Below are positions 19,297-25,972 of a stretch of 64,000 nucleotides of DNA, in pieces. Below the pieces are notes generated by a model, which saw nothing but the letters and a program-made list of their open reading frames with translations, was not told the DNA's origin and did no database searches. Where the stretch lies: positions 117,755-181,754 of the forward strand of contig JBAZKA010000003.1 of the NCBI GenBank assembly GCA_041651015.1, read 5' to 3'. The DNA is from Patescibacteria group bacterium (GTDB lineage: Bacteria > Patescibacteriota > Patescibacteriia > Magasanikbacterales > GWA2-37-8). The position numbers were made by a program, and so were the translations under genes. The number at the start of each line of letters is the position of its first letter. Within the stretch, counting starts at the first letter, position 1.

Positions 19297-19388
19297 CTTA
19301 AGTTTGTAAAGTTTATAAAGTTTTTAAAGTTATAAAGTTCAACGTTAGTATCGCCTCGGCGACTTTATAACTTTATGAACTTTCAACT
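19297..19388. repeat. AT-rich ATAAAGTT tandem and inverted repeats around a CGCCTCGGCG hairpin
   Basis: AAAGTTTATAAAGTTTTTAAAGTTATAAAGTT on one side and the reverse-complement CTTTATAACTTTATGAACTTT on the other. The same motif recurs at 30124-30155. Confidence 0.5.
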
Positions 19389-19784
19389 GGCGGCTCCGCC
19401 GACATGCGCTTCTCCACTATATTTCGCGCTGATGTAAATTCCCACGCGCTTTTTCCGCAATAATTTTTCCGCCAACTCATAATCCGCCGAATCCACGGAC
19501 ACGACTGGAATTTTCAAAGCAAACCCCAGCGTATTGGCCGTGGTCGTGGCCACGCGCGTCGCCGTAAACCGGCCCAAACCAACCACCACCGCAATACCGG
19601 TTAAATCCGAAATATTCTTTTGATGTTTTTTGAGCGACGTTTCCAAAACCGCGAGCAGGGACTGTTTGGAACTCCTATTCTTAACCGTGATAATTTTTTT
19701 TTGCTCGCGCCAATAAAAAATTATCGCTTCGTCGTTAGAATTATCAATCAACAAAAACATATCAATTATTAACCATAACTTCAT
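19383..19784 (-). CDS. tsaB: TsaB-like (YeaZ) t6A biosynthesis protein, short form
   Basis: GLGRFTATRVATTTANTLGFALKIPVVSV resembles the TsaB GPGSFTGLRIG...A...iP core. 133 aa. Confidence 0.5.
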   Translation of the reverse strand: MKLWLIIDMFLLIDNSNDEAIIFYWREQKKIITVKNRSSKQSLLAVLETSLKKHQKNISDLTGIAVVVGLGRFTATRVATTTANTLGFALKIPVVSVDSADYELAEKLLRKKRVGIYISAKYSGEAHVGGAAS

Positions 19785-20418
19785 TAATCGCGATTACATT
19801 TTTTCCTTCAAACAAACCATACAAAAATTTATCACCCAGCTCTCGGCGATCATTAAACTCATCGGTGGACATTATGGTGTAGCGCAATTCATGGCCAATG
19901 GTTTTTTCAAACTCGCGAACGATTTTGGCCACCACCGCCGCCTTCACTTCGCCCACAATAAGCATGTCTGATTCAGAATTCTTCGCCTCGGTAAACTGAC
20001 CGGTCAAAAGCAAAAACGTAATCTTGCCGGCCCGCTTTTTTAATTGTTCCACAAACTCTCGTTCCTCAATAATCTGCACCTTAATCAAAAGTTCCTTAAA
20101 TTCCGGATACAGCATACTGGACATATCCAACCGATAATACTTGCAACGCTCGGAAGCTTCACCGTCGTTTGGCGAGGGGGACATTTTCATAACCAATCCG
20201 GCCGCTTCCAAATTGGAAATTTCGCGGCGCACCGCGTTCATCTGTACGCCAATCATCCGGGCTAATTCCCGGACATAAAAACTCTTGTTCGGATTAGATA
20301 TAAATAATTGCAAAAGCTTCAAACGGGTTTTTGAACCAAAAAGGTGTTCAAGCATAGATTTATATAGTTGGACGCTTTTTAATATATATAGTATAATGAA
20401 AGAGTCGTATTTAGTCAA
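19762..20418 (-). CDS. Winged-helix transcriptional regulator (ArsR/MarR-like) with C-terminal domain
   Basis: KTRLKLLQLFISNPNKSFYVRELARMIGVQMNAVRREISNLEAAGLV is a wHTH. The start is probably at MLEHLF (20356). Confidence 0.5.
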   Translation of the reverse strand: MTKYDSFIILYILKSVQLYKSMLEHLFGSKTRLKLLQLFISNPNKSFYVRELARMIGVQMNAVRREISNLEAAGLVMKMSPSPNDGEASERCKYYRLDMSSMLYPEFKELLIKVQIIEEREFVEQLKKRAGKITFLLLTGQFTEAKNSESDMLIVGEVKAAVVAKIVREFEKTIGHELRYTIMSTDEFNDRRELGDKFLYGLFEGKNVIAINEVMVNN

Positions 20419-20424
20419 AATCCT

Positions 20425-22677
20425 ATGTTGCCCAAAATCAAAATCAACGAATTTTTTGTAGAAGGAGAAAACCAGGATTTATCACACGTACTTTTGCACA
20501 TCATCCAACCGTCCACGTCCGAAGAAGAAAAAGAAAAAGGATATTTTTTTGCCGCCTGTGAAATCAACAACGGCCGCAAGGAAGACGTAGTCAATTTGCA
20601 AAATCTGATGGATGAAATTGAAAATGATTATTACGAAACGCCCAATCAGCCGGGCAAAGAAACTCTGGAGCTGATTTTAGAAAAAATCAACAGCGAAAAT
20701 TTCGCACTCTCCGATTCCTCGGCCGAACTGCATTGTTTGATCGGCGCTTTGCGTGGCGACGAGCTGGTGTTTTCTTTCCGCGGACGACCCGAGGCGATTT
20801 TATTTTACAAAAATAAACTCGGCCAGCATCAAATCATGGATTTGGTGGCGGCGAACGAAAACGACGAACAGGAAAACGGCGATAAACTTTTTTCCCAAAT
20901 CATCCAAGGCAAAATCAGCGCCGGGGATTATTTTTTTGGCGGCACTTCCCATATCGGCGGATGCTTCAATCATGACCGGATGCAAAAAATTATTACCGGC
21001 CGAGCGCCCGAGCAAAGCGCCGACCATTTTGAAAAGGTATTATCCGGCATCAAAAACGGCTATTCATACGGCGGGGTGATCATGTTCCGCGAACCGGAAA
21101 TTGAAGCCATCAAAACCGCGGACAAAATTGAACCCGAGAAAAAACCCATATTTACCACCGAAGAGCAAACCGACCGCACCCTCTCTCCGTCCCTGATGAA
21201 CAATTTGAACTCAAAAGTAAAATCAATGATGGACAAGGATGTAGCTGCCAAACCGCGCCCGATTGTGCCAACCAACATCCCGCAAACAATCTCGCCTCAC
21301 GTCAAACAGCGCCCGGCCCGTCCGATGGCCGGCAAATCCCCGGCCGAGATTATAATGATGATAATCCGAGCCATTGGCATTGGGCTCAAATATTTTGGTT
21401 ATAGCATCTACTGGCTATTCTTTATGTTAGCCAAATTCATTGTCGGCATTGGACGTTTTGCCGCCATGTTATTTATTGTGGTATTTAATTTCAAGAATCG
21501 TCGGCGTTCCATTCTGGAATCCTGGAGCGAAGGCCGGCGCCGTTTTACCAAACGCCTCAGAGAACTGCCGCTCATTACCAAAATTCTGGCCGTGGCCGCG
21601 ATAATTTTTGCCATTGTTTTTGTCATCAGCACCGCCACTATCCAGGCGCGCAAAATTAAAGACGAAGCCAATAAAGTCTATTTGGAAAATTTGCAAACTA
21701 TCAAAAACAAGGTTGATGCCGCCGAATCCGCCCTCATCTACGGCGATGAATCTTCGGCCAAAGCCACATCCGCCGAAGCGAAAACATTATTTACCGCGTT
21801 TACTTGCGCGCCGGTGGACAAGACCACCTGCGACGATATCATTTCGCGCTTGGATGCTTTATCTCTCAAACTGCGCAAGATGGATACGGTGGCGGCCGAG
21901 TTAATTGTGGACTGGAATAGTATGAATTTAACCGGTCTGGAAAAATTTATTAAAATTGACACCAAACTTATCGGTTATTCTTCCACTTCGGGCGCGCTTG
22001 CGGTTTACGACACCCTGACCAAAACCAATAAGACCATTTCCGCTTCGGACGCGACCTTTGCCGGGTTCATTGCCTCGGCCGTACCCAAAGAAAACGATTA
22101 CGTGGCCTTTATCGGCGCGGACAACAAATCCCTCGCTCTCTATGACCCCAAGACCGACACTTTGAAAAAAGGCGAGATTTCTTTTGCCGGCACACCGGAT
22201 ATTCGCTCAATCATTATTTACAATCGCCGGATGTATTCATTGGACGCGGCCGCTAACCAGGTTCTCCGCCATGATAATATCAAAAACGGATTTGGTTTGG
22301 GCAAAGACTGGCTCCAAGACACCAACCAAAATATCCGCGACGGAGTTGACTTGGCGATTGACGGCGATTTATTTGTCCTCAAAACCGACGGCCAAATCTT
22401 GAAATTCACCAAAGGCGTATCACAAAATTTTTCCTTGCAAACCATTGACCCGGCGCTGGATAGCGGAAATGATATTTGGACCTACACTGATTCGGTGAAC
22501 TTGTATGTGTTGGATGCCAAGAACAAACGCCTAATTACTTTTGATAAGACCGGACAATTCCTCCGCCAAATTACGGCTAATGATTTTACCTCCCCTGTCT
22601 CGGCCGCGATTGATGAAACAAGCGGTAGCGCCTACATCTTGGATTCGGGCAAAGTATATAAAATACATATCAAATAA
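20425..22677 (+). CDS. Large hypothetical membrane protein with central TM segments and C-terminal beta-propeller-like repeats
   Basis: 750 aa, TM cluster around aa 310-400, repeated LYVLD/LFVLK strands at the C-terminus. Confidence 0.45.
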   Translation: MLPKIKINEFFVEGENQDLSHVLLHIIQPSTSEEEKEKGYFFAACEINNGRKEDVVNLQNLMDEIENDYYETPNQPGKETLELILEKINSENFALSDSSAELHCLIGALRGDELVFSFRGRPEAILFYKNKLGQHQIMDLVAANENDEQENGDKLFSQIIQGKISAGDYFFGGTSHIGGCFNHDRMQKIITGRAPEQSADHFEKVLSGIKNGYSYGGVIMFREPEIEAIKTADKIEPEKKPIFTTEEQTDRTLSPSLMNNLNSKVKSMMDKDVAAKPRPIVPTNIPQTISPHVKQRPARPMAGKSPAEIIMMIIRAIGIGLKYFGYSIYWLFFMLAKFIVGIGRFAAMLFIVVFNFKNRRRSILESWSEGRRRFTKRLRELPLITKILAVAAIIFAIVFVISTATIQARKIKDEANKVYLENLQTIKNKVDAAESALIYGDESSAKATSAEAKTLFTAFTCAPVDKTTCDDIISRLDALSLKLRKMDTVAAELIVDWNSMNLTGLEKFIKIDTKLIGYSSTSGALAVYDTLTKTNKTISASDATFAGFIASAVPKENDYVAFIGADNKSLALYDPKTDTLKKGEISFAGTPDIRSIIIYNRRMYSLDAAANQVLRHDNIKNGFGLGKDWLQDTNQNIRDGVDLAIDGDLFVLKTDGQILKFTKGVSQNFSLQTIDPALDSGNDIWTYTDSVNLYVLDAKNKRLITFDKTGQFLRQITANDFTSPVSAAIDETSGSAYILDSGKVYKIHIK

Positions 22678-22793
22678 AAATGCGATACCAATATACAAAT
22701 ACATGCGAATAATACGAATGCTTTTACAAAACCCTGCCTCGTGAGGCAGGGTTTATTTGTATAATTAGTATGCATTCGTATATTTGCATCGCA

Positions 22794-23720
22794 TCATAAC
22801 CACTTCTTCCTCTTGAAAATCCCCACCATCATTATCACCCCCATGGCCATCAATCCGCAAATAATCCAAAACCCAAACGGCATATCCACAAACGGACGGC
22901 CGTTGGCGTCAATGGCAAAAATCGTGGCAATCAAAGTGAGCGGAAAAGTCACCACCGAGATAATAGTCAAAGTCTTCATCACTTCATTCATGCGCAAAGA
23001 AACAATGGACTCATTCGTTTCGTGCAAAGCATTAACGCTTTCCTTTTGGCTTTCCAGCATATGCCAGATTTCATTGGTGAACTCGCGCAAGTTATTGATA
23101 TAATTTTGAAACGTACCCAAATCCAATTCTCGTCCACTATACATAATCAGGCGTTCCAGCACGGTACGGTGACCCTGCATGGTCCGGCGGAAAGTGACGA
23201 TATTGGTCTTGAGGCGCAAAATTTCCTCGGCCATTTCTTTGCCGGTAATATTAGAAAATAATTTTTTATCCACCAAATTAATATCTTCGTTCACGTGCAA
23301 AAGCGCGGGGAAAATTGCGTCCAAAAGACGGCTCAAAAGTTCAAACAGCACATGCACGGCCGTACCGCTGAAAAATTGCTGGCGAATTTTCGGATGTTTA
23401 CGGCATTCGTTAAAAAACGTCTCCATGGTCGGCAGTTTGTCGTCATGGATGGTGACAATATAATTGGGAGAGAGAAAAAAATCCACTTCAGTAAAACCCA
23501 ATCGGCGGGTCGTCCGGTCAAAAACCGGAAAATGCAAAACCATGAAATAATAATTCGGCCGTTTAACGATTTTGGCTCGTTGAAACGGCGGTAGGCTCTC
23601 GCGGATGTCTTGCTCGTCAAAATTAAAACGCTTTTGCACCGCCACAAGTTCTTTCTCGGTTTGGCGAGAAATGTTTACCCAGAGCAAACCGTCTTGCTCA
23701 ATTTCACGGATGTGTTGCAT
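22794..23720 (-). CDS. corA: CorA-family divalent cation transporter (divergent pore loop)
   Basis: Cytoplasmic funnel domain plus two C-terminal TMs ending in KRKKW. The canonical YGMNF is replaced by FAIDANGRPF. Confidence 0.7.
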   Translation of the reverse strand: MQHIREIEQDGLLWVNISRQTEKELVAVQKRFNFDEQDIRESLPPFQRAKIVKRPNYYFMVLHFPVFDRTTRRLGFTEVDFFLSPNYIVTIHDDKLPTMETFFNECRKHPKIRQQFFSGTAVHVLFELLSRLLDAIFPALLHVNEDINLVDKKLFSNITGKEMAEEILRLKTNIVTFRRTMQGHRTVLERLIMYSGRELDLGTFQNYINNLREFTNEIWHMLESQKESVNALHETNESIVSLRMNEVMKTLTIISVVTFPLTLIATIFAIDANGRPFVDMPFGFWIICGLMAMGVIMMVGIFKRKKWL

Positions 23721-23798
23721 ATGGAAATATTATATCATAAAAATATATGCGATGCCAATATGCGAATGCATACGAATTATACGAATCACATCTACACT

Positions 23799-23845
23799 TG
23801 TCATTCCGAATGAAGCGAAGCGAAATGAGGAATCCCTTGTCGCGT
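23799..23845 (+). repeat. Family A repeat copy (GTCATTCCGAATGAAGCGAAGCGAAATGAGGAATCCCTTGTCGCG)
   Basis: Shares its termini with 8703-8758. Contains the GCGAAGC mini-hairpin core. Confidence 0.65.
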
Positions 23846-23884
23846 CAGTTTACATCTGTTTTAATCAGTTTGAATCAATGAAAT

Positions 23885-23917
23885 AAAAAAGAGGGAGCTA
23901 CTTTCGTAACCCCCTCT
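23885..23917 (-). terminator. Rho-independent terminator for the small ORFan gene 23969-24178
   Basis: AGAGGG...CCCCTCT hairpin followed by a T-run on the minus strand. Confidence 0.5.
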
Positions 23918-23968
23918 GTCTGGTCGCACCACGTTCCGATTGCTCGGAAGGCGGTAGCGCATGGCATG

Positions 23969-24178
23969 CTAGTAACCGTCGTCTTCGGCCGCGTCTGATT
24001 CGATCTCGACGATGAACGGGTCGGTAAGATCACGCGAGCCGTCGCCTGCCGGGTCAGCGACCTGACGAGCGCCAGCGATGGCTTTATTTATATACCTACC
24101 TAACTCTTCGTCTTCCCGTCGCTGCGCTTCTGCACGAGCGAACTCGAGTTCATAGGCGCGCTCATACTCACGATTCAT
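23969..24178 (-). CDS. ORFan small protein P4 (acidic C-terminus)
   Basis: The start is chosen at MNREY, 7 nt after GGAAGGG. The 5' region is the repeated palindromic element. Confidence 0.4.
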   Translation of the reverse strand: MNREYERAYELEFARAEAQRREDEELGRYINKAIAGARQVADPAGDGSRDLTDPFIVEIESDAAEDDGY

Positions 24179-24232
24179 CTTCATTCCCTTCCCGAATCCG
24201 ACCATTGGCCGGATACTTCGGTTCACACCGTC

Positions 24233-24487
24233 TTAACGACACTCATCGACACCCCAATCATTCCAGACTGTTTCGAAAAACTTCGGCCGTCGTCCCGCCG
24301 CAAGATCCCTACAAATGTCATCTATTGTCCTTTCGATAATTATATACGGAGGGGGTTCTTTCCATGCGTGCACATCCCACTTGGTATGTTTACGCGGCTC
24401 CCTCGTAATAATCCCAGGATCATTATCGTCATCTCGTAGGGCGAAGGCGCTCCGTCTCTCCTGAATCGTCAAATTACGTATAGCCAT
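24233..24487 (-). CDS. ORFan small protein P3
   Basis: The start is chosen at MAIRN after GGAGGGG. The same 5' element as P4. Confidence 0.4.
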   Translation of the reverse strand: MAIRNLTIQERRSAFALRDDDNDPGIITREPRKHTKWDVHAWKEPPPYIIIERTIDDICRDLAAGRRPKFFETVWNDWGVDECR

Positions 24488-24540
24488 TTCCATTCCCCTC
24501 CCCGAATCCGACCATTGGCCGGATGTTTCGGTGTTGGTTG

Positions 24541-24789
24541 TTATTTTTTCGCCCTGCCAATGTCATCTTTCAAAACAGCGGCAAGCCCCACGATATCATT
24601 GTGTAATTTCGCTATTAATAGTTTGGCTAACGACCTGTCCACGCCAAATCTCTTCATAGCTACTTCTTCGAGGTGCCGCTCTATCGCTTCAGCAATCTCA
24701 CCCACTCTTTTCTCCGAAAGCAGGAACTTCTTTTTCTCGCCTTTCTTCATCGCAAAGACCTCCTCGAGCATTTTGCTCGTTTTTCGCAT
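24541..24789 (-). CDS. ORFan small protein P2
   Basis: 82-aa ORF with its own TTGACA-17-TATTAT promoter at 24854-24882. Confidence 0.4.
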   Translation of the reverse strand: MRKTSKMLEEVFAMKKGEKKKFLLSEKRVGEIAEAIERHLEEVAMKRFGVDRSLAKLLIAKLHNDIVGLAAVLKDDIGRAKK

Positions 24790-24853
24790 GTTTTTTATGA
24801 AAAGGACAATGTTTTTGCCTTATTTGAGCCGCAATCAATCTCTAAAACAGTTA

Positions 24854-24882
24854 ATAATAGCACATTTTGACGGTTTTGTCAA
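24854..24882 (-). promoter_or_regulatory. Sigma70-like promoter (TTGACA-17-TATTAT). Its spacer is near-identical to the promoters at 55078 and 56959.
   Basis: Reverse complement TTGACAAAACCGTCAAAATGTGCTATTAT versus TTGACAAAACCGCCATTTTGTGCTATACT at 55078. Confidence 0.5.
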
Positions 24883-25001
24883 TAGCATGCCGATAATTTT
24901 GGTAATAAAAAAGAAGGGCATATCCTTTCGGACTGTTTCCTTCAGAAGTCTTCTCTCTGCGGAAAAAGCAACACATTATCAAATGTGCGACATTAGTTAC
25001 A

Positions 25002-25322
25002 TTATTTATAACTTTTACCCGCGAACGAGTTCGGGATGTATTTCTGGGCGTCTTCCCGATCTAATGAGAACATGAACTCGCCAGCCTCAACATGTAAACC
25101 GCTGAAGCTGCCGTAGTAATTTTGCATTCCACGCATGCGATAGAAATTCATGCCGGAATCACCTTCGACACACGGGATTGCCCTACGAACTTCCATGGGG
25201 ATGGCGTTAATGTGATCCTCGCATACATAGAACTCCTGTTTGCCATCGCCTCCGCGACGCGCAAGTGCAGGCTTTGAATCATATTCAATGAACACGCCTG
25301 TTTCGTTACAATATGTACTCAT
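25002..25322 (-). CDS. ORFan small protein P1 (Cys/His-containing)
   Basis: Start at MSTYCNETG, preceded by AAAGGGAGAG and a TTGACA-17-TATTAA promoter. A terminator-like hairpin lies downstream. Confidence 0.4.
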   Translation of the reverse strand: MSTYCNETGVFIEYDSKPALARRGGDGKQEFYVCEDHINAIPMEVRRAIPCVEGDSGMNFYRMRGMQNYYGSFSGLHVEAGEFMFSLDREDAQKYIPNSFAGKSYK

Positions 25323-25452
25323 GTTTTTCTCTCCCTTTGTTTTGCCGTTCAAAACGGCTGTTTGTTAATTAAATTAATAACATTTTTTGAGAGTATTGTC
25401 AACACCCCACGCTCTTCAATCCCAATTCAAACCGTGATATAATAATGATGTT

Positions 25453-25971
25453 ATGGATCAGAAACAAACCGAACAAAATTTTTCCCCAAATAAAATATCT
25501 GAGGGTGAGTTAAAGCGTACCGAAACATCGGCCACGCCTGAATTGGAATCGGCCAAAGAGGCTCAACCGTCATCGCCCGAGACCGCAGGCGCGGTCCAAG
25601 GCGAACGCGAGGCGTCCAAACCAACCTTGCCTTGGCCCAAAACCAAAAAACGCACGGCTATTCCCCCGCCCCGCGACCAAGTGACAATCAAAGTGGAAAA
25701 AATTCTGTCCGAAGGATTGGATGATACTTACGCCGGTTTATCACCGATCGCCCAACAAGAATTCAAACTCAAAGGCGAACAAACCGCTGTGAGCATCCGA
25801 GAAATACTACGCTCAACAAAAGTCAAAGCGAAAAAAATTTTTCAACTGATTTTGGAATGGCTGTCACTACTCCCGAACGTCAATAAATTTTTTCTGGAAC
25901 AGGAAGCAAAAATTAAAACCGATAGAATTATAGAATTAAATAAACGCGAGCAAGAAAATATTCACTTCTAA
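25453..25971 (+). CDS. Hypothetical protein, first gene of an operon with the HerA-like ATPase
   Basis: 172 aa with a low-complexity acidic/proline N-terminus. Its stop is adjacent to the next start (25971/25973). Confidence 0.45.
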   Translation: MDQKQTEQNFSPNKISEGELKRTETSATPELESAKEAQPSSPETAGAVQGEREASKPTLPWPKTKKRTAIPPPRDQVTIKVEKILSEGLDDTYAGLSPIAQQEFKLKGEQTAVSIREILRSTKVKAKKIFQLILEWLSLLPNVNKFFLEQEAKIKTDRIIELNKREQENIHF

Positions 25972-25972
25972 C

